A stretch of 64,000 bases of DNA from Cyanobium sp. (lineage in GTDB: Bacteria; Cyanobacteriota; Cyanobacteriia; PCC-6307; Cyanobiaceae), in NCBI GenBank assembly GCA_040399125.1, contig JBBASR010000001.1, positions 106,050 through 170,049 on the forward strand, written 5' to 3'. Under the pieces are notes generated by a model that did not search any database, was not told the origin of the DNA, and saw nothing but the letters and a program-made list of their open reading frames with translations. Shown one piece after another: positions 9,961-18,655 of this stretch (its first letter is position 1; each line of letters begins with the position of its first letter). The position numbers and the translations under genes are program-made.

Positions 9961-10490
9961 ATTCGCCGCTTGCGAAGCGTCGCTGGCGCGTCAGCCGTAC
10001 CCCGCCCCTGGTGCTGGCTTCCCTGGTGGTTCTGCTCGATCAACTTGCCAAGGCCTGGGCCCTGAATCAGCTGCCGATCGGCCAGGTCCGCCCATTCCTG
10101 CCCGGCCTGCTGCAGCTGCAGCGCGTGGGGAACACCGGTGCGGCCTTCAGCCTGTTCACCGGCAACCCGGCGGTGCTGGGTTTGGTGAGCGCCCTGGTAT
10201 CGATCGCACTGCTGGGCTGGATCCTGGTGGCTCCCCCCGGCAGGCGCTGGATGATGCTGGCCACTGGCCTGGTGCTGGGCGGAGCCATCGGCAATGGACT
10301 CGATCGCTGGCGCTGGGGGGCTGTGGTGGATTTTCTCGAATTCGTTCCGTTTCGCTTCCCGATCTTCAACCTGGCCGATGTGGCGATCAACCTGGCGGTC
10401 GCCTGCTATCTGATCGACCAGCTGCTCGATCGCCCCCTCCCCCCCGATGCCAGCCCCTCCGACGCCACCAGGGAGCAGGGCGATGGCTGA
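9957..10490 (+). CDS. lspA: Lipoprotein signal peptidase II
   Basis: NTGAAFSLF and FNLADVAINLAV motifs. GTG start at 9957 overlaps the bioY stop (GTGA). Confidence 0.88.
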   Translation: MNSPLAKRRWRVSRTPPLVLASLVVLLDQLAKAWALNQLPIGQVRPFLPGLLQLQRVGNTGAAFSLFTGNPAVLGLVSALVSIALLGWILVAPPGRRWMMLATGLVLGGAIGNGLDRWRWGAVVDFLEFVPFRFPIFNLADVAINLAVACYLIDQLLDRPLPPDASPSDATREQGDG

Positions 10491-12762
10491 GGGTTGGGCG
10501 GCGGCACTGCAGCCGTGGCGCAGACGCCGCGAAGCGTGGCTCACGATTCACTGCCCAGCGGAAACCGACGCCCCACCAGCCGAAGGAACCGCAGCCCCGG
10601 TTCAACCAGCCGACCGGCGGCTCAACCTGATGGAGGGCTGTTACCGGATCGGCAGGGAGAGCTCCAACGATCTGGCCCTTCCCCATACCGCCATCAGCCG
10701 CCGCCACGCCCTGCTCGCGAGCCAGGCAGGCCAGTGGTTGCTGACGGACAGCGGATCCACCAATGGGCTCTGGTGGAACGGTCGACGGGTGCAACAGCTG
10801 CTGCTGCGGGACGGCGATCGGGTGCGCTTCGGTCCCTGGTCCGAGCAGGATCTGCCGGAGCTGCGCTTCCACAGGCCGGCCCCAGGTCCCTGGCCGCGTC
10901 TGGCCAGGATCGGCAGCTTCGCCCTGGCAGGGGTGGCCGGCGGCGGAGCGCTGCTGGTGGCCCTTTCCGCCCTGGCACTCCCCATCCGGGGGGGTCTGGC
11001 CAGTGTGCGGGGACCGCTGGTGCTTTACGACCGATCGGATCGGCCGATCGCCTCCGCCGATGACGTGCGACACCGGGAGCTGGCGAACCTCTCGGATTTT
11101 CCGCCGGTGCTGATTCATGCCCTGCTGGCCAGCGAAGACAGCCGCTTCTGGTGGCATCCGGGGATCGACCCGATCGGTACGGGCCGCGCCCTGGTCACCA
11201 ACCTGATCGGCGGCCGGGTGCTGGAGGGGGGAAGCACCCTCACCCAGCAGCTGGCACGCAGCCTCTACCCCGAACAGGTGGGGCAGGGGGAAACCCTGGG
11301 GCGCAAATTCAGGGAGTTGCTGGTGGGCCTCCAGCTGGAGGCCCGCTTCAGCAAGCGGGATCTGCTGCGCAGCTACCTCAATCGCGTCTATCTCGGCTCC
11401 GGCTGGGGATTTGAAGATGGGTCGCGGCGCTTCTTCGCCAAACCGGCGGCCAGGCTCGAGCTCGAAGAGGCGGCCCTGCTGGTCGGGCTGCTGCCCTCCC
11501 CCAACGGCAATGACCCCTGTTTCCAGCCAGGCGCTGCCCTTGAAGCCCGCAACCGTGTCCTGGCCAAGATGGCCGATACGGGGCGGATCACTGTGGATGA
11601 GGCCCGCAGCGCCCGCCGCCGTCCGATCCGGCTCGCGGGCACGGCCTGCAGAGCATCGAGTCGTCGTGCAGCCCCCTTCTACTCCGACCAGGTGCGCCGT
11701 GATCTCGCCGCCTCGGTGGGCACGGACGTGGCGGCGGAAGGTAATTATCTAATCGACACCCACCTCGATCCCGATCTCCAGGAACTGGTCGAACGACTGC
11801 TGCGCCAGAGAATCGAGGCCAACCGCTCCGCCGGCGTCAGCGAAGGGGCGGTGGTGGTGCTGGACAGCCGCAATGGCGGCATCCTGGCGATCGCCGGCGG
11901 CAGGGATTACCGCCAGAGCCAGTTCAACCGGGCCACGATCGCTCTGCGGCAGCCCGGCAGCACCTTCAAGCTCGTGCCCTATGTGGTGGCCCTGGAAAGG
12001 GGGGCTCGACCCGGAGACAGCATCAACTGCGGTCCCCTGCGCTGGCAGGGCCAGTTCTTCGACAGCGCCTGCGGCGGCTCAATCAGCCTGCGCCAGGCGC
12101 TGGCGATCAGCAGCAACACCTCGGCCCTGCGTCTGGCCCGGCAGGTAGGCCTGGAAGCAGTCGTGCAGAAGGCCCGCGACCTTGGATTCACCACCCCCCT
12201 GGCGCCCGTGCCGGGCCTGGCCCTCGGCCAGAGCGAGGTGACCCTGCTGGAGCTCACGGCTGCCTATGGCGCCGTCGCCAATGACGGCACCTGGTTCCCG
12301 CCCACCACCATCCGACGGCTTACGGATGCCGAAAGCTGCCCCACGGCCGGCGGCAAGGACTGCCGATCTTCTGCAGCCACTGCCGCCACCTCTACTGCCA
12401 CTCAGCCTGGCGCTCAGACTGCTTCCACGCAGGGCGGCGAGCGGGCAGGATCCAGAAGCCAAGGTGCAGCCCACGCGGGTCGTCGGGTGATGAAGAGTTC
12501 CACCGCCCGTGACATGCGCAGCCTGTTGGAGGCGGTGGTGAGCAATGGCACCGGCACGGCGGCCTACGTGGGGGGTGGAGCCGGAGGCAAGACCGGCACC
12601 ACCAACGAAGGCCGCGACCTGCTGTTCGTGGGCTACGAACCCCAGCGCCACTGGGTGATGGGGGTCTGGCTGGGCAACGACGACAACCGCCCCAGCCAGG
12701 CCACCAGTGCGCTGGCCGCCTCGCTCTGGGGAGAGATCGTGCGCAGTTCGCCTGCCCCCTGA
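10483..12762 (+). CDS. Class A penicillin-binding protein (transglycosylase/transpeptidase) with an N-terminal cytoplasmic FHA domain
   Basis: FHA domain: YRIGRESSNDLALPHTAISRRHALL...TDSGSTNGLWWNGRRV. One TM follows. GT51 motifs EDSRFWWHPGID and GGSTLTQQL are present, together with transpeptidase STFK, SSN and KTGT. ATG 10483 overlaps the lspA stop by 8 nt. Confidence 0.88.
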   Translation: MAEGWAAALQPWRRRREAWLTIHCPAETDAPPAEGTAAPVQPADRRLNLMEGCYRIGRESSNDLALPHTAISRRHALLASQAGQWLLTDSGSTNGLWWNGRRVQQLLLRDGDRVRFGPWSEQDLPELRFHRPAPGPWPRLARIGSFALAGVAGGGALLVALSALALPIRGGLASVRGPLVLYDRSDRPIASADDVRHRELANLSDFPPVLIHALLASEDSRFWWHPGIDPIGTGRALVTNLIGGRVLEGGSTLTQQLARSLYPEQVGQGETLGRKFRELLVGLQLEARFSKRDLLRSYLNRVYLGSGWGFEDGSRRFFAKPAARLELEEAALLVGLLPSPNGNDPCFQPGAALEARNRVLAKMADTGRITVDEARSARRRPIRLAGTACRASSRRAAPFYSDQVRRDLAASVGTDVAAEGNYLIDTHLDPDLQELVERLLRQRIEANRSAGVSEGAVVVLDSRNGGILAIAGGRDYRQSQFNRATIALRQPGSTFKLVPYVVALERGARPGDSINCGPLRWQGQFFDSACGGSISLRQALAISSNTSALRLARQVGLEAVVQKARDLGFTTPLAPVPGLALGQSEVTLLELTAAYGAVANDGTWFPPTTIRRLTDAESCPTAGGKDCRSSAATAATSTATQPGAQTASTQGGERAGSRSQGAAHAGRRVMKSSTARDMRSLLEAVVSNGTGTAAYVGGGAGGKTGTTNEGRDLLFVGYEPQRHWVMGVWLGNDDNRPSQATSALAASLWGEIVRSSPAP

Positions 12763-14372
12763 TGCCCACCCGTCGCCTCTGGATCTGGATCGCCCTGGCC
12801 CTGCTGGTGTTGATCCTTGCCGGCGTGGTGCTGCAGGCCCTGAACCAGCTGCTCTGGCAGCTCAGCTACTGGTTGCCGGGCTGGCTGGTGGGGCCCTTGC
12901 TGCTGCTGGTGCTGGGCGTGATTCTGCTGGCGGCCGCCCAACTGGGCTGGCCCTGGTTCCAGGCGCTTCGGCGGGGAGGCAAGGCCGGCTCATCTGCCGG
13001 CAGCAGCGCCGATCTGCAGCTCCCCTTCAGCCGCAGGGAGGCCGCCGCCCGCAATCTGGAGGCGATTGACCGCACGCTGGAACGGGTGCGCGACGAGGTG
13101 GAACGGGAAGCCCTCCGCCAGGAGCGGCAGCGGATGCAGGAGGAGCTCGAACGGGGAGATCTGCTGATCGTGGTGTTCGGCACCGGCTCCACCGGCAAGA
13201 CGTCTCTGATCCGGGCGCTGCTCCAGGAACTGGTGGGGGACGTGGGGGCGGCGATGGGCTCCACCACCAGTTCCGCCCGCTACCGGTTGCGGCTCAAAGG
13301 GCTGGAGCGGGCCGTGATCCTGGAGGACACCCCCGGCATCCTCGAGGCAGGCGATGCCGGGCTCGAGCGCGAGGAGCTGGCCCGCCGCCAGGCAGCCAGA
13401 GCCGATCTGCTGATGCTGGTGGTGGATGGCGATCTGAGGGCCGCCGAACTGGAGGTGTTCGAGGCCCTGGCCAGCCTGGGGAAACGGCTGCTGCTGGTGC
13501 TCAACAAGTGCGATCTGCGGGGCGAACAGGAGGAGCAGCGCTTGCTGGCACTGCTGCGGCGCCGCTGCGGCAGACGCCTGGCCCCTGAAGACGTGATTCC
13601 CGTGAGTGCGGCACCCCAGAGTGTGCCGATGCCCGGGGCCAGGCCTCTGCAACCGGCGCCGGAAGTGGAGGCGCTGCTGCGCAGGATGGCGGCGGTGCTG
13701 CACGCCGATGGGGAGGAACTGATCGCTGACAACCTGTTGTTGCAGTGTCGCCAGCTGGGCGAAGCGAGCCGCAGCCTGCTCGACCGGCAGCGCCGTCAGG
13801 ACGCCGAGGCGATCGTGGAGCGGTTCATGTGGATCGGAGCCGGAGTGCTGCTGGTGAACCCCTTGCCTGGGGTGGATCTGCTGGGCACCGCGGCCGTCAA
13901 TGCCCAGATGGTGCTCGAGATCGGCAAGGTCTACGGCGTGACCCTCAGCCGCAGCTCAGCCCAGGACCTGGCCCTTTCGGTGGGACGCACCCTGGCAGGA
14001 CTGGGCCTGATCAAGGGGGGCGTGAGCCTGCTGGCAAGCGCCCTCAGCCTCAATCTGCCGGCCCTGGTGGTGAGCCGTGCCGTGCAGGCCGTGAGTGCCG
14101 CCTGGCTGACGCGGGTGGCGGGGCTGAGCTTCATCACCTACTTCCAGCAGGACCAGGACTGGGGCGATGGCGGCCTGCAGGAGGTGTTGCAACGGGAATA
14201 CGAACTCAATCGCCGCGAAGGGGCCTTGCGCAGCTTCCTCAAGGCGGCGTTCACCCGGGTGGTGGAACCACTGCAAAAGCAGGGTCTGCAGCTGCCACCG
14301 CGGCCGGAGCGGCGTCGACAAGGGCCTCGGGGGGAGGAGCAAGAAGGGGGCCGCGACTATCGAGAACACTGA
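12762..14372 (+). CDS. Membrane-anchored GTP-binding protein with a C-terminal DUF697-like membrane domain
   Basis: Two N-terminal TM helices. G1 GTGSTGKTS, G3 EDTPG, G4 NKCD. The C-terminus is hydrophobic. ATG 12762 shares one base with the PBP stop (TGATG). Confidence 0.8.
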   Translation: MPTRRLWIWIALALLVLILAGVVLQALNQLLWQLSYWLPGWLVGPLLLLVLGVILLAAAQLGWPWFQALRRGGKAGSSAGSSADLQLPFSRREAAARNLEAIDRTLERVRDEVEREALRQERQRMQEELERGDLLIVVFGTGSTGKTSLIRALLQELVGDVGAAMGSTTSSARYRLRLKGLERAVILEDTPGILEAGDAGLEREELARRQAARADLLMLVVDGDLRAAELEVFEALASLGKRLLLVLNKCDLRGEQEEQRLLALLRRRCGRRLAPEDVIPVSAAPQSVPMPGARPLQPAPEVEALLRRMAAVLHADGEELIADNLLLQCRQLGEASRSLLDRQRRQDAEAIVERFMWIGAGVLLVNPLPGVDLLGTAAVNAQMVLEIGKVYGVTLSRSSAQDLALSVGRTLAGLGLIKGGVSLLASALSLNLPALVVSRAVQAVSAAWLTRVAGLSFITYFQQDQDWGDGGLQEVLQREYELNRREGALRSFLKAAFTRVVEPLQKQGLQLPPRPERRRQGPRGEEQEGGRDYREH

Positions 14373-14496
14373 TCAGCACCAGATAGAGCACCCCGATCAG
14401 AATCGAGATCGCCCCGGTGACAATCGCCACCCAGCGGGAACGGCGGTCGGGTGTCGGCGCCTGCCTGGGCGCGTCAGGGGAAGGGGATTCAGACAT
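14251..14496 (-). CDS. Possible small single-TM protein (81 aa)
   Basis: MSESPSPDAPRQ...WVAIVTGAISILIGVLYLVLISVL. ATG verified at 14496. The last 40 codons overlap the GTPase 3' end and show poor G/C at position 3, so the call is tentative. Confidence 0.35.
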   Translation of the reverse strand: MSESPSPDAPRQAPTPDRRSRWVAIVTGAISILIGVLYLVLISVLDSRGPLLAPPPEALVDAAPAAVAAADPAFAVVPPPG

Positions 14497-14551
14497 CGGA
14501 GCTGGGGCCGGCGAAGCGGACGTTTAGAGACGGATTTTCAGAGAAGGAAAT

Positions 14552-16066
14552 TCAAAGACTGTGGCGCACGATCCTGACCAATCGGTCCAGGTCAGCCTCC
14601 CGGGTATGGGGATTGCCCAGCACCGCCTTGAGGTGGTGATGGCCACCGTAGAAGGGGCGGGAGAGCATCAGCTGGTCGGCTAGCAGCGCCTCGCGTGTCT
14701 GGCTACTCCAGGTCTCGCTGGCGGCGGGGTCCGCCTGGGCGGGGCGAAAGGCCAACAGGTGCAGGGGACCCTCCAGCAACAGCAGCCGGGGGTCGTCCGC
14801 CAGAAGGCTCTGGAGCAGGCGGCGCCGCTCGATCGCCGCATCGAGCAAGCCGCTGATCCCCTCCCTGCCAAGCTGGCGCAGGCCCAGCCAGAGCTTGAGG
14901 ATTTCAGCAGGCCGACTGCCCTGGAGACCCGCCTCACCACCATGGGCGCCACCCCAGCTCGGTTCCATATAGGGCAGCCCGGTGGAAAAGGCCTCGAACA
15001 GGGCCTGGGGAGAGGCCAGCAGCAGCAGGGAGGAGGTCTTGGTGATCCCCAGCAGCTTCTGGGGATTGACGGTGATCGAATCGGCCAGCTCCAGGCCCTG
15101 CAACAGCGAGCGAGAGGAGGCACTGAGGGCGAACACCGCGCCGATCGCCCCATCCACATGCAGCCAGTGGCCATGGCGGCAGCAGAGGGCTGCGATCTCC
15201 GGCAGGGGATCGATGGCCCCCCTCACCGTGGTGCCGGCTGTGGCCACCACAGCGATCACCGGCACTCCCTGCCGCCGCAACCGAGCCAGCTGATCCTCAA
15301 GGAGGTCGCAGCGCAGCAGTCCCTGGGAATCCGGGGGGATCCTCAGCAAGGCCTCGGGCGGCAGTCCCATCACGGCCATGGCCTTGGTCAGCGAAACATG
15401 GGCGTCGTCGCTGCAGAGCACCACGGCATCGCTGCGGCAGGCGAGGCCGGCACGATGGCGCGCCGTCACCAGGGCCATCAGATTGCTGAGGCTGCCGCCA
15501 CTGGCCGCCACACCACCAGCTCCCGGCGGCATCCCGAGGCTGGTGGCGAGCCAGCCGCCCAGACTGCGCTCCAGCCGGGTGAGGCTGGGGGAAAGCTCCT
15601 CGGCCAAGAGGTTGTTATTGAGGCCGGCACAGATCAGATCACCCACCACGGAAGCCACCAGCGGGGGCGGATCCAGGTGGGCAAGGGCGCCGGGGTGGTT
15701 GGGGTTGTAGGCGCCTTCCATGACCAGCTGCAGATCAGCCAGCAGGCGCTCGGCACCGATACCGGCGGCTTCCGGTGCCACGTCCGGGATCACGCTGAGG
15801 GCGGGCAACGGGCTGGCGGCAGCTGCAGAGCCGAACCACCGGCACAGCTGGGTGGCGGCCTGGTGGAGAAATGCTTCCAACGCCGGATCCGGCGCACTGG
15901 GATCGGCGAAGTGGGGCAACTCGCTGCCGAACTGGTCGGAGGGGGCACCAGGGCCTAATGAGCTCTCCCCAGGCTTCGGGGCGCTGGGTGGGGTGGCATC
16001 GCCAGGCGGCACGGGACGCTGGGCAGAGGGCGCGATGGCCAACGGCGAAGGACGAGACTCAGGCAT
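14552..16066 (-). CDS. Group II pyridoxal-phosphate-dependent amino-acid decarboxylase, substrate unknown
   Basis: 504 aa. PLP-lysine context SITVNPQKLLG, and a fold-type I decarboxylase core (GGSLSNLMALVTAR...HVDGAIG). About 60 aa of Pro-rich N-terminal extension. Confidence 0.8.
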   Translation of the reverse strand: MPESRPSPLAIAPSAQRPVPPGDATPPSAPKPGESSLGPGAPSDQFGSELPHFADPSAPDPALEAFLHQAATQLCRWFGSAAAASPLPALSVIPDVAPEAAGIGAERLLADLQLVMEGAYNPNHPGALAHLDPPPLVASVVGDLICAGLNNNLLAEELSPSLTRLERSLGGWLATSLGMPPGAGGVAASGGSLSNLMALVTARHRAGLACRSDAVVLCSDDAHVSLTKAMAVMGLPPEALLRIPPDSQGLLRCDLLEDQLARLRRQGVPVIAVVATAGTTVRGAIDPLPEIAALCCRHGHWLHVDGAIGAVFALSASSRSLLQGLELADSITVNPQKLLGITKTSSLLLLASPQALFEAFSTGLPYMEPSWGGAHGGEAGLQGSRPAEILKLWLGLRQLGREGISGLLDAAIERRRLLQSLLADDPRLLLLEGPLHLLAFRPAQADPAASETWSSQTREALLADQLMLSRPFYGGHHHLKAVLGNPHTREADLDRLVRIVRHSL

Positions 16067-16146
16067 TCTGCCCGCTCCAGGTGGCCGACCCGAACCTCCG
16101 CTCTCCAGCCGGGGAAGGGCCCCTACCGTTCGATGCGGAACTCTGG

Positions 16147-16587
16147 ATGCAGCGCCTGCTCCGCCGCGCAGCCCAGGTGGGGCAGGAGGGGGAAATTCCT
16201 GTGGCTGCCGTGATCCTCGATGGCTGCGGACAATGCCTGGGCTGGGGCAGCAACCGTCGCCATCTCGATCAGGATCCCCTCGGCCATGCCGAGATCGTGG
16301 CGTTGCGCCAGGCCGCTGCCCTGCGTCAGGACTGGCGGTTCAATGACTGCAGCCTGCTGGTGACCCTGGAGCCCTGTCCGATGTGTGCCGGCGCCCTGGT
16401 CCAGGCACGGGTGGGGAGGGTGATCTTCGGCGCTGGCGATCCCAAGCGCGGCGCGCTCGGGGGCTGCCTCAACCTGGCGGAGCACAGCAGTGCCCACCAC
16501 CACATGCAGGTGATCGGCGGAGTGGAAGCAGGGGCGGCAGCTGGGCAGCTGGAGGAGTGGTTCCGCCAGCGTCGTCGCCGCTCCTGA
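16147..16587 (+). CDS. tadA: tRNA-specific adenosine deaminase
   Basis: Zinc motifs HAEIVALRQA and PCPMCAGA. Start placed at ATG 16147 inside track ORF 15871..16587. Confidence 0.88.
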   Translation: MQRLLRRAAQVGQEGEIPVAAVILDGCGQCLGWGSNRRHLDQDPLGHAEIVALRQAAALRQDWRFNDCSLLVTLEPCPMCAGALVQARVGRVIFGAGDPKRGALGGCLNLAEHSSAHHHMQVIGGVEAGAAAGQLEEWFRQRRRRS

Positions 16588-16596
16588 AGCCTTCGA

Positions 16597-17784
16597 TCAG
16601 ACGACGGCGGCGACCGGGGTGGCGGCCCGGAAGGCTGGCAGCTCGGTCTCGAACAGGTTGAGCAGGCGATCCACGTTGGCGGCAGAGGAGTTGTACCCCA
16701 TCAGACCGATGCGCCATACCTGGCCGGCCAGGGCTCCCAGACCGCCGCCCACTTCGATGCCCTGGGTATCGAGGAGGTGACGGCTGAAGGCCTTGCCATC
16801 CACACCTTCGGGAATACGCACCGTGGTGAGGGTGGCCAGGCGCAGGGGTTCAGGAACATGCATCCGGAGACCCAGAGACTCCAGGCCGTTCCACAACCGC
16901 TCCGCATTCGAACGGTGCCGTGCCCAGGCATTCTCCAGACCCTCATCGGCGAGAAGGCGCAATGCCTCCCGCATACCGAAGTTCATGTTCACAGGGGCGG
17001 TGTGGTGGTACACCCGGTCGCTGCCCCAGTACTGATTGAGCAAGGAAACATCAAGGTACCAGTTGGCAACCTTGCTGGTGCGGGCCGCCAACCGGGCCTC
17101 CGCCCAGGGGCCCATGGTGAACGGGCCGAGACCGGGGGGGCAGCTGAGACCCTTTTGACTGCAGCTGTAGGCCAGGTCCACCTTCCACTCATCGAGGAAC
17201 AGGGGCACGCCCCCCAGGGAAGTGACGGTGTCCAGCAGCAACAGGCAGTTATGCCGGCGGCAGAGATCGCCGATTCCATCCATCGGCTGGCAGACGCCGG
17301 TGGAGGTTTCGGCGTGCACCATCGCCAGTATCGAGGGCTTGTGGGTGATCAGAGCCTGCTCGATCTCCTCGAGGCTGAACACCTCCCCCCAGGGCCGCTC
17401 GATCGTGGCCACTTCTGCCCGGTAGCGACCGGCCATCTCCACCAGACGAAGACCGAAGTAGCCCTTGACAGCTACCAGCACCCTGTCGCCCGGCTCGATC
17501 ATGTTGGCCAGGGTGGCCTCCATGGCGGCGCTGCCGGTGCCGCTCATCGGGATGGTGAGACGGTTGTCGGTCTGCCAGGCGTAACGCAGCAGCTCCTGCA
17601 CCTCTCCCATCAGCTCGATGTAGAGCGGGTCGAGGTGACCGATGGGGGTGCGGGCTAGGGCCTGCAGCACCGTGGGATGGGCATTGGAGGGACCGGGACC
17701 CAGAAGCAGACGGTCCGGGGTGGCGATGGGATCCAGCCCCAGTCGGTGGGCGCTGCTGACAGGGGGCAGGACGGAAGGGGCCAA
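16597..17784 (-). CDS. Class V aminotransferase (alanine-glyoxylate / serine-pyruvate aminotransferase type)
   Basis: 395 aa. LLLGPGPSNAHPTVLQAL N-terminus and PLP-lysine context YSCSQKGLSCPPG. The track start at 17784 is TTG. Confidence 0.85.
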   Translation of the reverse strand: MAPSVLPPVSSAHRLGLDPIATPDRLLLGPGPSNAHPTVLQALARTPIGHLDPLYIELMGEVQELLRYAWQTDNRLTIPMSGTGSAAMEATLANMIEPGDRVLVAVKGYFGLRLVEMAGRYRAEVATIERPWGEVFSLEEIEQALITHKPSILAMVHAETSTGVCQPMDGIGDLCRRHNCLLLLDTVTSLGGVPLFLDEWKVDLAYSCSQKGLSCPPGLGPFTMGPWAEARLAARTSKVANWYLDVSLLNQYWGSDRVYHHTAPVNMNFGMREALRLLADEGLENAWARHRSNAERLWNGLESLGLRMHVPEPLRLATLTTVRIPEGVDGKAFSRHLLDTQGIEVGGGLGALAGQVWRIGLMGYNSSAANVDRLLNLFETELPAFRAATPVAAVV

Positions 17785-17843
17785 GACCGGTGGACGGGGG
17801 TGAGGTGCGATGAGACTAGGAAATGATCGAACGGCCCGGACCG

Positions 17844-18362
17844 TTAACGGGCACGGACATTGGTGGCACCCAGTCCGCGGCAGAGATGATCAAAGGGAGC
17901 CCTGACCACGGAAGCGGCGGAGATACCGGTGGCGCTGAGCATCTCGCTCACCACCTCTCCGAGCAGGGCGATGCCGCGCACGGTGGGGCCGGTGGGCACA
18001 CCGAGGCTCTTGTAGGTGTCGTCGAGGCCGTTGAGCACCCGCTCATCGAGCATGGTGACGTCATCGGAGATCAGGGCATAGCTGGCGTAGCGGAGGAAGT
18101 AATCCATGTCGCGCAGGCACGCCGCCAGCCTGCGGGTGGTGTACGCATTGCCCCCGGGGAGGATCAGCTCGGGGTTTTCCCGCCACAACCTCTGGGAAGC
18201 CTCGCGAACGATTTCGGTGGCTTCCCGATTGATCAGCTCCACCGCGGCAAGGCGGACGGAAGCCTGGGAGAAATAGTTGTCGATGCGATCGATGGCATCA
18301 CGATCGAGATAGCGGCCGAGCTGGTCGTACCGACCGATCAGGCCGGAGATGGCATCTCGCAT
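17844..18362 (-). CDS. apcF: Allophycocyanin beta-18 subunit
   Basis: MRDAISGLIGRYDQLGRYLDRDAIDRI...PGGNAYTTRRLAACLRDMDYFLRYASYAL is a phycobiliprotein with the bilin-binding Cys and an ApcF-type N-terminus. ATG at 18362 lies inside track ORF 17844..18650. Confidence 0.88.
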   Translation of the reverse strand: MRDAISGLIGRYDQLGRYLDRDAIDRIDNYFSQASVRLAAVELINREATEIVREASQRLWRENPELILPGGNAYTTRRLAACLRDMDYFLRYASYALISDDVTMLDERVLNGLDDTYKSLGVPTGPTVRGIALLGEVVSEMLSATGISAASVVRAPFDHLCRGLGATNVRAR

Positions 18363-18539
18363 GGAGGGAACGGATCGACGCACCTGGAGCGGAACGTAGC
18401 ACTTGAAATCCGCCAGATTCCAGTGACAGGGCCGACTCTGGGGAATTTGACAGAAACGGTTACGCAGAACCCTCCAGCCGGGTCGATGGCGGAGGTCCGC
18501 CTGCTCGCCGCTGCCACCACAGAGCCATCCGCGTCTTTG

Positions 18540-18553
18540 GTACCAACCGCTAC
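18540..18553 (+). promoter_or_regulatory. NtcA-type binding site (GTA-N8-TAC) upstream of glnA, followed by a TAN3T -10 box
   Basis: GTACCAACCGCTAC at 18540..18553. TACTTT at 18577..18582 lies 23 nt downstream, close to the canonical GTAN8TAC-N22-TAN3T architecture of NtcA-activated promoters. Confidence 0.6.
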
Positions 18554-18565
18554 AAAGCTGGGAAC

Positions 18566-18579
18566 GTATCACTGCGTAC
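18566..18579 (+). promoter_or_regulatory. Second GTA-N8-TAC motif, overlapping the putative glnA -10 box
   Basis: GTATCACTGCGTAC at 18566..18579. Its TAC is the first half of the TACTTT box. No TAN3T element lies about 22 nt downstream of it. Confidence 0.45.
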
Positions 18580-18655
18580 TTTCCCGGAGGTCGACGGATC
18601 TGCAGCGGATCCGCGCCCTCCTTTCCCATCAGCCCCACCACCAGTCCCATCAGTC

